Shown piece by piece: positions 17,277 to 26,573 of a stretch of DNA of 64,000 nt. Origin of the DNA: a virus. Numbering within the stretch: position 1 is the first letter of the stretch; each line of letters opens with the position of its first letter. Below the pieces are notes generated by a model. The model had not been told where the DNA came from and did no database searches. It worked only from the letters and a program-made list of their open reading frames with translations. Both the position numbers and the translations under genes were made by a program. Where the stretch lies: the IMG/VR virus record IMGVR_UViG_3300046820_003928, positions 64,001 through 128,000 of that record; one strand, 5' to 3'.

Positions 17277-20200
17277 CTTCCCATCCAATGTCGACAACAT
17301 TATCAACAATATCCTTGATTGCATCAACATGTGAAATAATAAGAATGTTTTTGAAATAAGTTTTTAGATTAGTTAGAAGTCTAGCACAGGCTTCGAGATT
17401 GCTGTCGTCGAGTGCACCAAATCCCTCGTCGATTATGAACATGCTTGACTTAGGAAGAGAAGAAATATTGGTAAGTGCGACACGGATCGCTATCGAAGCA
17501 ATCATTTTCTCCATACCAGATCCAAGCTCAATAAGGCGCTTGTTATCACCATAGTTCAAATAGATCTCAACAGAATTTGAATCATCACAGTCTATTTCAA
17601 CTGTGAATCCTGCGATCCCATCAAGAATCTCTCCGATCTCCTGATTGATCTTGGGAAGTGCATGTGAAATAATCTCTTGGGGCACACCTTTCTTAGAAAA
17701 TGCAAGCTCGAGAGTCTCTAGAATCCTAAGTGCCCTGATAGATGAGTTAATTTCACTGATCTGGTTCTTAATGTGTCGGATCTTTTCAGTTTGAATTCCT
17801 ATCTCTGTTGCAATCTTGATAAGTCTAGATTCGCAGTCCTTTAGGTCTCTTTCAAGGTCTGAGATTAGTTTCTCATCTGATTCATTGGTATCTCTGGTAA
17901 GCTCAGAAATTTCAATGATTCGCCTGTTGATTGTAGAAAGATTAGTCTCTCGAGAAGCTATTCTTTCGTTTAGAATTTCCTCTTTGGAATGTTTTGCCTT
18001 AAGATCAGACTCAAGCTCCCTGGATAGATCTTTTATTTTCTTAGCTTTTTCAAGGGCAGCAACAGGATTGTCTCTCTCAAGTGCTGACGCCCGATTTTTA
18101 AGGATGTCGATGGCACGCTGCTTCATAGTAACCTGCGATTCAGCTACAGGAAGCTTCTCCTTGTTAGCGTGTGACTGACAGATGAACTGGCAGGTCGGGT
18201 ACTGACCCATACATGGTACAACGTCTAGAAGTTCAACAGACTTAAGGAGAGTGTCTCTTTCACGCTGTCTTGAATTGAGATCTTTCTCTTCAGAAATAAT
18301 TTGCTTTCTAATGTCAGTCTGATCTACAGCCATCTTCTCGAGATCTGAGAAGTTAATGCCTTCGAGTGCAGACTGGGCTCGCGTCGACTTGTCCTTGATT
18401 GATTCAATCTTTTCTTCTAGAGAAGACTTTTCCTGTCTAATCTTCTCAAGTTCAGACTCGATGGATGCTTTTTCACTTTCGAGACGAGACAGCTCCCTTC
18501 TGTTCTTTATTTGATCATGTGGGACTTTGCTTGTGGCGTCATTTATCTTGTCACGCAGAGATCCGATCTTTGTCTGGGTCTCTTCTTTTTCCTGCTCAAG
18601 ATTTTCAATCTTGTCCTCGCAGATCTTAATTTGCTCATTGCATTCAATTTCAGATCCGGCAAGTTTTAGCTTCGTCTTGTAAGGAGCAATGTCTGACTTT
18701 ACCTTGTTGTTAAGATCTTCAAAATAATCAATGTCAAGAAATCTTGTTAGCATTTGCTTTCTTGCTGTAGACTTCTCATTGATGAAGAGATTCATGTTTC
18801 CCTGGGGAGAGAGACATGTGTAGAAAAAGTCATCTGATGTCCCAATTAGGCGACGCAAGACCTTTTCTGTCTCTCTTCTCTGTTCATCGTTTAGGTCTAC
18901 ATGCTCAGCAAGTCCGTTCTCAACCTTTGAAACAGAAAGAGTTGTGCTTGCCCAGACTTCTGACTTTTTAGGGTAGTTCTTGACTGTCTCTCTGGTGATC
19001 TCGTATTCATCAGAAGAAACTGACAGATTAATCTTTGTTTTGCAAAATTCCTTTTTTGAATTTATCACGTGAAGATTTTTCATACTTCCACGATCCGTGG
19101 TATTGAAAAGTCCGTATGTAATAGATCCAATAATAGAAGACTTGCCAGATCGATTCTTTCCAAAGATGCCTGTTATTCCAGGAAGCTTTCTAAAATCGAT
19201 GCTGTTGCTATCGCCATAGGCAAACAGATTGTCAAAATCAATCTTATTAAGATCCCACTTAACATTTCTTACTTCATCTTCAGCACCTTGTCTTGACTTT
19301 AGATAAAAGTCTAGCTTCTGAAGTGTTTCAGATTCTATCTCGCTGGGAAGCTCTCTTCTTTTTATGAAATCCACAAGAGACTGTTTGACATCAATTGTAG
19401 AAATTTCTTGAACTCTTTCGGGCGTCGAAATAACCGAATCAGCGAGAGTTTTGTATGTTATCTCAACAGGAGAGCATGACGATTCTACAAGATTGCAAAT
19501 CTCTCTTACTTTAATCGCATCCCGTGTTTTAATGTCAAATCTTACTCTTGCCTGGCCGGGGATTGACTTGACAATTTGCTCTGGATGATGAACGTCATCA
19601 ATCTCAACAGTTAAAAACGGGTGTACGTTTTTAACAGAATGAAATTCAACATCAAAATCATTCTTTGATCTGATATCCCAGACAAGAAATCCCTTTCGGT
19701 TTTCTTCAGAATAATTTTGCTGGATAGTTGATCCCGGGTAAGCGATAGTTCTTTGCTTGTTTAGAAACTGTCGCTTGTGAATGTCACCAAGCAGAGAAAA
19801 ATCAAATCTTTCAAAGAAGCTTAAATTTGTCTCTCCCTCTAGCTCGTAGTCTGTATCAGAAACAGCGCCCTTCACAGATCCGTGATAAAGCGCAATATTC
19901 ACCTTACTAGGGTCGATTTTTACATCTTCCCAAGGCTCTCTGTCAAACAGGGAAAAGACATGAAAAAGAACATCAGGATCGAGCGTCTCGTAGGTTCCTG
20001 ACTTCTTCATAAGTCTAATTCTTGGATTGTTTAGCGTGGATATGATCGGAGAGATTGCATCTTGCCGATTCTTGTTCATGATTAGTCCATCATGATTGCC
20101 AAGAATGACATCAACAGGTGCAATCTTTGCAAGAGATTCAAACCACCAGCTTAGAATGTCAATAAGCTCTGGAGTAATTCCCTGTGTCTTAGAATGGACA

Positions 20201-20334
20201 ATGTCACCGCCGATATAAATCAGATCGGGGTTTATTTCTCGAAGTGAGTTAAATGCATCTTCGAAAGCGATCTTGTATTCACTGTGCCTAGCAAGGCCAC
20301 GAAAATGAATGTCGGCAAAGTGCGCAATTTTCAT
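17251..20334 (-). CDS. sbcCD: Fused SbcD/Mre11 nuclease - SbcC/Rad50 ATPase (gp47-gp46-like)
   Basis: Phosphoesterase ADIH, GGDIVH, GNHD, GDIH; Walker A GKNRSGKS, coiled coil, signature GSGME, Walker B IIDEGFGALD, ISH. Confidence 0.92.
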   Translation of the reverse strand: MKIAHFADIHFRGLARHSEYKIAFEDAFNSLREINPDLIYIGGDIVHSKTQGITPELIDILSWWFESLAKIAPVDVILGNHDGLIMNKNRQDAISPIISTLNNPRIRLMKKSGTYETLDPDVLFHVFSLFDREPWEDVKIDPSKVNIALYHGSVKGAVSDTDYELEGETNLSFFERFDFSLLGDIHKRQFLNKQRTIAYPGSTIQQNYSEENRKGFLVWDIRSKNDFDVEFHSVKNVHPFLTVEIDDVHHPEQIVKSIPGQARVRFDIKTRDAIKVREICNLVESSCSPVEITYKTLADSVISTPERVQEISTIDVKQSLVDFIKRRELPSEIESETLQKLDFYLKSRQGAEDEVRNVKWDLNKIDFDNLFAYGDSNSIDFRKLPGITGIFGKNRSGKSSIIGSITYGLFNTTDRGSMKNLHVINSKKEFCKTKINLSVSSDEYEITRETVKNYPKKSEVWASTTLSVSKVENGLAEHVDLNDEQRRETEKVLRRLIGTSDDFFYTCLSPQGNMNLFINEKSTARKQMLTRFLDIDYFEDLNNKVKSDIAPYKTKLKLAGSEIECNEQIKICEDKIENLEQEKEETQTKIGSLRDKINDATSKVPHDQIKNRRELSRLESEKASIESELEKIRQEKSSLEEKIESIKDKSTRAQSALEGINFSDLEKMAVDQTDIRKQIISEEKDLNSRQRERDTLLKSVELLDVVPCMGQYPTCQFICQSHANKEKLPVAESQVTMKQRAIDILKNRASALERDNPVAALEKAKKIKDLSRELESDLKAKHSKEEILNERIASRETNLSTINRRIIEISELTRDTNESDEKLISDLERDLKDCESRLIKIATEIGIQTEKIRHIKNQISEINSSIRALRILETLELAFSKKGVPQEIISHALPKINQEIGEILDGIAGFTVEIDCDDSNSVEIYLNYGDNKRLIELGSGMEKMIASIAIRVALTNISSLPKSSMFIIDEGFGALDDSNLEACARLLTNLKTYFKNILIISHVDAIKDIVDNVVDIGWEDGFAKVSC

Positions 20335-20340
20335 AGATCA

Positions 20341-20369
20341 ACTATACGTGTGAATTTACTAGAATTCAA
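20341..20369 (-). promoter_or_regulatory. Sigma70-type promoter TTGAAT-17-TATAGT, leaderless to sbcCD
   Basis: 17-nt spacer; -10 ends 6 nt before the ATG; no SD. Confidence 0.6.
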
Positions 20370-20653
20370 TTTCTAAGCTTCTTTATTACCCGTGCCATCT
20401 CAACGATTTTTTCGTCAAGTTCAGGAATTCCAGTCTCATCTCCGCTCATTCCGTCATAGAGATCAATTGCCGCTCTAATGAGAGAGAAAAGTGCGTATCT
20501 TGTTGTGACAAAATCGTCGTCACATTTGCATGATCCTGAGCAGCCGCAGCCATCTGTAGCTGGCGGATCATCGATGTCTCCGGGTAGGTCCTTCCTTCGA
20601 TAGATTGCATCATCAGATAGGATCTTTCTTATTATTTCTCTTATGTTCTGCAT
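20366..20653 (-). CDS. Small hypothetical protein with a Cys cluster (CGCSGSCKC)
   Basis: ATG 20653 follows a late motif; N-terminal NIREIIRKIL helix. Confidence 0.55.
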   Translation of the reverse strand: MQNIREIIRKILSDDAIYRRKDLPGDIDDPPATDGCGCSGSCKCDDDFVTTRYALFSLIRAAIDLYDGMSGDETGIPELDEKIVEMARVIKKLRN

Positions 20654-20660
20654 GATGATA

Positions 20661-20674
20661 TAACTATCACAGAA
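20661..20674 (-). promoter_or_regulatory. Putative late promoter TTCTGTGATAGTTA
   Basis: Near-identical to 11015-11028; 7 nt before ATG 20653. Confidence 0.5.
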
Positions 20675-21632
20675 TTGAGCCACTTCTAATTGAATGAATG
20701 CGAGAAAGAAGGGAAGTCCTAGCAGACCAATCTGTTATTCTCGCTACAGATTCCTCGATCTCATCCCGACTCATGCTTCCTAGGTCTTTTTGATCAGGAA
20801 TATTCATAAACTGAACCTTGCATCCGTATTCTACAAGAGAGTCAGCAATTTTTTTTGCCTTGTCTTGTGCATCATGATCAAGTGCCATTATAACGTGTGA
20901 TTCATTGAGGACAAGTTTTCTGAAAATTAGGCTTGTAGGTAACAGAGAGGATCCAAGAATAACAGCACTATTTCTGTTCAGGCTGATTTGGTCAAAAACA
21001 CCTTCAACAAGGAATATTGGTTCATCCCAGTTTATGTCACATTCATTAAAAATAATTGAAGTCTTATCGACCTTTGAATTAATGTACCTGTATCTTGACT
21101 GATCGTCGATACTTCTAGAGACAAAGTAGTTTTCGTCTCCCTGATCATCGAGAGAGATAAAAAAGATTCGTCTGGGGTCTCTTCCAGTGGGTGTCATTCC
21201 AATTCGATATCGATACATTTCTGGTTCATTGACACCACGAGAAGACAGATAAGATATTGCTGCCCTTACGTTTGGAGATCTCGATCCAAGTAGATTTACG
21301 ATAGGAACAAAACCCTCTGGATACTCAAAGACAATCTCTTCTTCTTTTTCAGCAATATCTTTGATAATGTGCTGGTTGAGAAACTTTTCTCGATAAAGGT
21401 TGACAAGCTCTCGAGATTTTGATTTTCTTAAAATCGGAACAAGAGTCTTGCCTTTTTCATTGCAAACCCAGCAGTGAAAGCTCCAAGTGCTCAAAGAGAT
21501 TGAAAGCTTTTTCTTTTTTGCGTCTTTGCAGAGTGGGCAAGAAACAGCAATATCCTCTCCGCTTCGAGAGACTATTCCCTTTCCAAAGGTTCTCTCGATG
21601 AAAGATACTTTCTCAGTTATTGTTGGTTGCAC
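20667..21632 (-). CDS. DNA primase (Zn ribbon + TOPRIM)
   Basis: CPLC...FHCWVC; LVEGVFD; ALDHDA; KDLG; GTG 21632 preferred because it avoids overlap and follows a promoter. Confidence 0.88.
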   Translation of the reverse strand: MQPTITEKVSFIERTFGKGIVSRSGEDIAVSCPLCKDAKKKKLSISLSTWSFHCWVCNEKGKTLVPILRKSKSRELVNLYREKFLNQHIIKDIAEKEEEIVFEYPEGFVPIVNLLGSRSPNVRAAISYLSSRGVNEPEMYRYRIGMTPTGRDPRRIFFISLDDQGDENYFVSRSIDDQSRYRYINSKVDKTSIIFNECDINWDEPIFLVEGVFDQISLNRNSAVILGSSLLPTSLIFRKLVLNESHVIMALDHDAQDKAKKIADSLVEYGCKVQFMNIPDQKDLGSMSRDEIEESVARITDWSARTSLLSRIHSIRSGSIL

Positions 21633-21639
21633 ATATAAG

Positions 21640-21667
21640 ATTCTATGTGAAGACCTACTCTTTACAA
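21640..21667 (-). promoter_or_regulatory. Sigma70-type promoter TTGTAA-16-TAGAAT, leaderless to primase
   Basis: -10 ends 7 nt before the GTG; no SD. Confidence 0.45.
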
Positions 21668-22188
21668 CCCATCGATCCCGCAAGGGCTATAACATAGGCA
21701 TCTGCCATATCATAGGCGATCTCTTTGATCTCACCAGATTTCTTCAAAGGCCAGTCAATGCTTACTTGACTTGACACCCACTCAAAGACTTTCTGCTTTG
21801 TATTTTTTGTTTTGTCTTTGTGATCAATTTTGATCTTTAGGTGGTTTCTTGCGTTTGTTACATTGAGAGACACTGGATCAACTTGAAAAACCTGGTATGA
21901 GACATAGCTGCAAGCTCCGTTGAATCTTGCAAGCGTATTGATAGTGTGTGCAGAAGAGAGGCCCCTTCTAAATGAACTCAAGTTCTGCTCGATGAAGACT
22001 CTATCGACATTGAAGTCTTTCTTGATGACTTGTAATCGCTCTTTCACAAACTCACACTTTTCTGAAAATGATGTGTGCTTGGTTAGAACGATAGGCTCTA
22101 TGTGGACAATTTTCCCAGAAGAATCAAGGCAACAAACACCTGTGCAAGATGTTGAAATGTCAAGTCCCATCACAACGCTAGAAGTCAT
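21655..22188 (-). CDS. RuvC-like Holliday junction resolvase
   Basis: MGLDISTSCTG, VFIEQ, DMADAYVIA. Confidence 0.85.
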   Translation of the reverse strand: MTSSVVMGLDISTSCTGVCCLDSSGKIVHIEPIVLTKHTSFSEKCEFVKERLQVIKKDFNVDRVFIEQNLSSFRRGLSSAHTINTLARFNGACSYVSYQVFQVDPVSLNVTNARNHLKIKIDHKDKTKNTKQKVFEWVSSQVSIDWPLKKSGEIKEIAYDMADAYVIALAGSMGCKE

Positions 22189-24514
22189 ATCTCAGCCTAA
22201 AGGTAATTTCATCTCCCTCTCTCTTTTGAACAACTTGAGAGAGATTTGCACGCATAACAATGTTGAAGTTTTCATCGTGCAGGTTTATTCCAGAAATATA
22301 CACGAAGTCTTCTGCCTGTTCTGATATTAGATTTGTTGGTGGGAAACTCTTGTATGTCTGATTATTTGATTTATTGAATAGATCGGATCTAGCAGGTACA
22401 GAGAAGTTTGCAACTGTCTTTCTCATTTCTCCCCTGAAGCTTATCTCGAATGAGTTTTTTCCAAAGAAAGAAAGGTGAGGAGAGATGATAGTGATAATTC
22501 CGTGATCATAAAAGACAGAACCTACACGATTCCAGGCTGCAGCCTTGGTAGAAGAGTCTGATCTATAAATGTTTCCCCTAGAATCATCTCGAAGGGTCAT
22601 GGATAGACCTCCAGACCCAGAAAGAGAAGAATCTGTCATGACAAGAGTCCCAGGGACTATTCTTGTCATATAGTAGAGGCTTGGAACAGAGAACATGACT
22701 GACCTATTTGAGCTATTATCAATAGATCTCGTAGTAGTAGATCCATAATTGACATTCTGGTATAGAGGCAAGTATGGATCAGATCCGTCATAGCTAAAGT
22801 CATCAAAGGCGACGGAAGGAACGTAGATTCCAGCCGGAACAAGAGAGTCCATCGAAATTAGCATTGAAGATGTTCCAAATCCAATTTCTTTGAATCTAGA
22901 TCTATCTTTCTCTAGAACAGAAAATGAGGGCTCAAAATTTCCATCATCGCAGGGAAGAATAAAAAAGTTTCTTGCTCTATTTTTTTGCTGCTGCATTAGC
23001 AGCTGCTCAACAGTTCCATCACGAGAATCAAAAGGTGTAGTTACAACAGTCCCTTCAGACATGTTATAGGCTCGAGATTGCTTGACCCTTGCGAAATCAA
23101 TTGTGAAATTTTGAAGATTAACAAAGGTTGAATTATATCCGGATGCAAGACTAAAAGATACTGGGCTATCAGTGCGCTGTGAAGATATCGAAGTGGGTGT
23201 ATAGTAGGTAAACACTGCAGAAGGAATTGATGAAGTAAAAAACGGAGGGAGGAAGAAAGCGGGCCCAGTTGTTTCTGGAGAGTCAACAATTATATCATTG
23301 ATGTTTGAAACTTCAGAATCTGTGATGTATCTCTTGAATAGCGTTAGATTGTGAATTTCTGCGTTTAGAGGGTGACTAAATCCAAATCCTACAGGGTCAG
23401 TTGTACTTCCTACAGGATCTATTAGAGTCCCGTAATTTATCGCGGCAAAAGTGTTGAAAAACTTGGATATTCTGTCTCCGCTATTGTAATAGTTTCCAAT
23501 CACAAGTGCATCAGATGAAAGACCTGTTGATATTGAACTACTTGGAATGTTGAAGATGAATCTTTTTTCATCAATGTTTATCGAACAGTCTCCGTAGCTT
23601 CTTGTGCTTCCTCCCCATCTAATTGTAACTCGATGCCAGCTGTCTCTCTTCAGCTCCTCAGGAGGCGAAAATATAAGATTTGCAGGAAATGAAAGTGGGA
23701 TAGAGGAAGCATCAATGCTGGATGGCGCAATATCAGCACTCTGACTAAGCTGCAACAAGACTCTAAATGTATCTGGTTTTCCATCAATCCCAACAATTGA
23801 TCCGCTTATCAGAGAAACGCAGATAGAAGAAGAAAGATGAAATACTGTCCCAGCTCTAAAATGCCCAGTTTCGTCGATAGGTGCCCTCGGCTTGATGAAA
23901 AAGTCAAGGCTGAACGGACCTTCGGGCGTATAGTCTCTAATTCCGTCAATGTTTGGAAAATTTGGAAATACAAGAGCTGAGCTTGTTCCAAAGTTGCTGG
24001 AAGAGACAAAGTTCAAGCTGTTGTAGTTTGTGTAAGCATTGAAAGAAAGAGGGTTCTGGATTCTCTGTTCTCTCATTAGAACATGTGTGGCGGATTTTCT
24101 TTGAAAATTTATCCATTCTCCAGGATCTTGATCTGCTCCTCCGCTTGGTCCTTCAATGACTGAAGGTGGAGATGAATATCTAACGGGATATGTTGTTGAA
24201 AACTGCTGTGCATTCACAGCAGAGTCAGTTGCACTTCGAAGATACGTCTCCATGATCGTACTGACATCTAATACACCAGAGATGACTTGCTGACTTGCGT
24301 CATACAGGAAGTCATCATCTGCTGTAACGCCATCTGTCTCAACAAATCTCGTACCTGATCTTTCTCCTACAAAAGACCTGATCGTTTGTGACTGATTTGA
24401 AAAGATATCAACTGATCCAGTCAGGCCCGAAGATGAAGAGGAAAACGATCGGCTTGGTTGTAATACAAGCGTCGTTACCTCTATCAGATCCGGGCTGATC
24501 TCGATGACAGACAT
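22178..24514 (-). CDS. Tail/baseplate structural protein with a LamG-like domain
   Basis: FSLDFFIKP...WHRVTIRW...LVIGN...AEIHNLTLF; C-terminus paralogous to 24521-25807. Confidence 0.65.
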   Translation of the reverse strand: MSVIEISPDLIEVTTLVLQPSRSFSSSSSGLTGSVDIFSNQSQTIRSFVGERSGTRFVETDGVTADDDFLYDASQQVISGVLDVSTIMETYLRSATDSAVNAQQFSTTYPVRYSSPPSVIEGPSGGADQDPGEWINFQRKSATHVLMREQRIQNPLSFNAYTNYNSLNFVSSSNFGTSSALVFPNFPNIDGIRDYTPEGPFSLDFFIKPRAPIDETGHFRAGTVFHLSSSICVSLISGSIVGIDGKPDTFRVLLQLSQSADIAPSSIDASSIPLSFPANLIFSPPEELKRDSWHRVTIRWGGSTRSYGDCSINIDEKRFIFNIPSSSISTGLSSDALVIGNYYNSGDRISKFFNTFAAINYGTLIDPVGSTTDPVGFGFSHPLNAEIHNLTLFKRYITDSEVSNINDIIVDSPETTGPAFFLPPFFTSSIPSAVFTYYTPTSISSQRTDSPVSFSLASGYNSTFVNLQNFTIDFARVKQSRAYNMSEGTVVTTPFDSRDGTVEQLLMQQQKNRARNFFILPCDDGNFEPSFSVLEKDRSRFKEIGFGTSSMLISMDSLVPAGIYVPSVAFDDFSYDGSDPYLPLYQNVNYGSTTTRSIDNSSNRSVMFSVPSLYYMTRIVPGTLVMTDSSLSGSGGLSMTLRDDSRGNIYRSDSSTKAAAWNRVGSVFYDHGIITIISPHLSFFGKNSFEISFRGEMRKTVANFSVPARSDLFNKSNNQTYKSFPPTNLISEQAEDFVYISGINLHDENFNIVMRANLSQVVQKREGDEITFRLRYDF

Positions 24515-24520
24515 AACACC

Positions 24521-25807
24521 TCAGTAGTCGAGTCTTACTCTAAATGACAGCTTCTTTTCGTCATTTTTCTCAACAGGTCTCGAAAGTTTTGCAACTGCAA
24601 GAAGGTTATCTGCAGCATCGTAGAGTCCGATCGTTGTAATAAACGTAAAGGACTTCTGTGTTGTCTCTTCGCCCTGATCAATTACAACTATTCTTCCATC
24701 AGAATCTGTGAATGTCGGGTTTGATGAATAGTTGAACTCATCTGCAGAGGCCTCACAGAACACCAGTGTTGAATTGATTGCAGTAAGATTCTGGAATGTG
24801 ATAGCAGTGTCGTTAGAATTGCTAGAATTTCCAAATCTAACCGAAGCTAAGTGATTGATGATGTCATCCATTGAAGAGGATACAACAAAGTCTGGAATGA
24901 ATCTGGCAGATGGATTTTCAACAGCTGACCAAACATTTCTTCCGATAAACGTTGTTCCTGCCTGGGTGGTGACTCCGCCAAATGTATCAGATGCAGTTGC
25001 TGCACTGATTACTCCGCTCATATGCTGCGATGAAAAGAACACCTTTTCCATGTCAAGGACAGCGATTCCCTGATCGTAGAAGATCAAGCCCACGTTCTGC
25101 GAGGTGTTAGATGCATTTATCAAATTTGAAACAGTTCCACCATAGGTAAACTGGGGAGCTGATCCGGCGCCTGCATCGGTGACAATAAATGATCCTGATG
25201 CAGCAGGATAGTCTATGTTAGATGCTGTCAGGGTGTTTCTGATTGACTTCTCATATGCAGAAGCATTGACAGATCCGTCAAGGGCTGCCGATGCGAAGAT
25301 CTTCATTGCGAATGTTTCGTGCTTTATTCCATCTCTTGAAAAGAGTCTCTTAAATGGAATAAAGACCGCAGCGTCAATTTTGTCATCGGTTCCAGCATTT
25401 GTAAAAGGAGAGGTAAACTGAGCGTTTGCATTCCCGAGTAGAATCTGCGCAAACTGACTGTAGACTTGAACCTTCTCTCTCATCATTGCAGTATTTGAAT
25501 CAAATGTAAGCTTACCAGCAGTGTCAACTCCGTATCCAGGAGCTCCTGTAACGAGTGTGCTAGAAGCAAAAAGACCAACTGTTATGTCAAACATCTCGTT
25601 GGCGGTTGCAAGAGTAAAATCTTGATCAAAGACTGTCTGGAATAAAGAAGACGTGATAGATGCAGCACCAGATCCAGAAATGAAAACTTCATATGCCTTT
25701 CTGGTTGCTGATCCGCTGACACTTTCCTGGACAACATCGACAAGCTGATTTAGAAAAGACTTTGCTGTCTTTATGTCTTTAGGTCCGATACCTTTGTAGA
25801 CTGGCAT
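24521..25807 (-). CDS. Tail/baseplate structural protein with a tail-collar-like C-terminus
   Basis: EFNYSSNPTF...FITTIGLYDAADNLLAVAKLSRP...RVRLDY. Confidence 0.7.
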   Translation of the reverse strand: MPVYKGIGPKDIKTAKSFLNQLVDVVQESVSGSATRKAYEVFISGSGAASITSSLFQTVFDQDFTLATANEMFDITVGLFASSTLVTGAPGYGVDTAGKLTFDSNTAMMREKVQVYSQFAQILLGNANAQFTSPFTNAGTDDKIDAAVFIPFKRLFSRDGIKHETFAMKIFASAALDGSVNASAYEKSIRNTLTASNIDYPAASGSFIVTDAGAGSAPQFTYGGTVSNLINASNTSQNVGLIFYDQGIAVLDMEKVFFSSQHMSGVISAATASDTFGGVTTQAGTTFIGRNVWSAVENPSARFIPDFVVSSSMDDIINHLASVRFGNSSNSNDTAITFQNLTAINSTLVFCEASADEFNYSSNPTFTDSDGRIVVIDQGEETTQKSFTFITTIGLYDAADNLLAVAKLSRPVEKNDEKKLSFRVRLDY

Positions 25808-25816
25808 TTTTTATCC

Positions 25817-26521
25817 TTACTGTGTAGTTGTAACGTTGACCTGAATGTCAGTTCTCTGACCTGAATTTCTTCCAATTATTGCAACGTATGTTGTGATGTA
25901 TGAAGTTCCAGGAATTTTATATGCAAGTTGAGTTGCTGCAGGAACAGACTGTGGCACGATGCTAAAGGAAAGCTGCGAAAGCGGGTTTGTTGCAGATGTT
26001 GAGCTTGCCGGGAATGTGTAAGTTGCAACGTTTGTTGAAGAAATAGACGTCGGAGTAGTTACATTGTTAGAAAAAGCACGAAGAAAACGATTATCAAGGT
26101 AGACAAAGAAGTCATCATCGATAAGCTCAGGAGGACAAGAAAATCCATCTGCTATTGTTAGCTGTACACTTACTGCCTGAGCTGATTTGCTGGAAAAGTT
26201 CAAAGAAATTGCACCAACAGGAGAGATCTCAAAAGTCGGAAGGTAAGTTACAACATTTGAAACTGTCGATACGCTAACAAGACTATTTCTAAGGGCAATA
26301 TTTGGATTCGTAAGGGCCTCGAAGACAGGTGTGTTCTTTTCTATCTTCTCTTTTCCAACTGTTCGACCGTATTGCTCTATGATTCCATAGTCAACTTCAT
26401 CATCAGCAAGCGCAAACTTCGTAATAACAAATCGACCCTGTGAGGCAAGTAGCCTTCTACCTGTATCTGTAAGAACAGCGTCAAGGATGATGTTGTTCGT
26501 GCTCTGGTCTAAGAAACCCAT
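25817..26521 (-). CDS. Tail/baseplate structural protein with a tail-collar-like N-terminus
   Basis: DAVLTDTGRRLLA...ITKFALADDEVDY; late motif upstream. Confidence 0.7.
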   Translation of the reverse strand: MGFLDQSTNNIILDAVLTDTGRRLLASQGRFVITKFALADDEVDYGIIEQYGRTVGKEKIEKNTPVFEALTNPNIALRNSLVSVSTVSNVVTYLPTFEISPVGAISLNFSSKSAQAVSVQLTIADGFSCPPELIDDDFFVYLDNRFLRAFSNNVTTPTSISSTNVATYTFPASSTSATNPLSQLSFSIVPQSVPAATQLAYKIPGTSYITTYVAIIGRNSGQRTDIQVNVTTTQ

Positions 26522-26542
26522 ATTCTTCTAACCTCTCATCTT

Positions 26543-26553
26543 TAAATATCACA
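26543..26553 (-). promoter_or_regulatory. Putative late promoter TGTGATATTTA
   Basis: Same 11-mer as at 11015-11025; GAGG RBS downstream. Confidence 0.55.
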
Positions 26554-26573
26554 CTTTTTAGTTCGCAGGTAAA

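Noticed and set aside
13002-21632. Introns or inteins in portal, terminase, SbcCD or primase
   Set aside because: Motifs are contiguous and no intein splice motifs or frame breaks were seen
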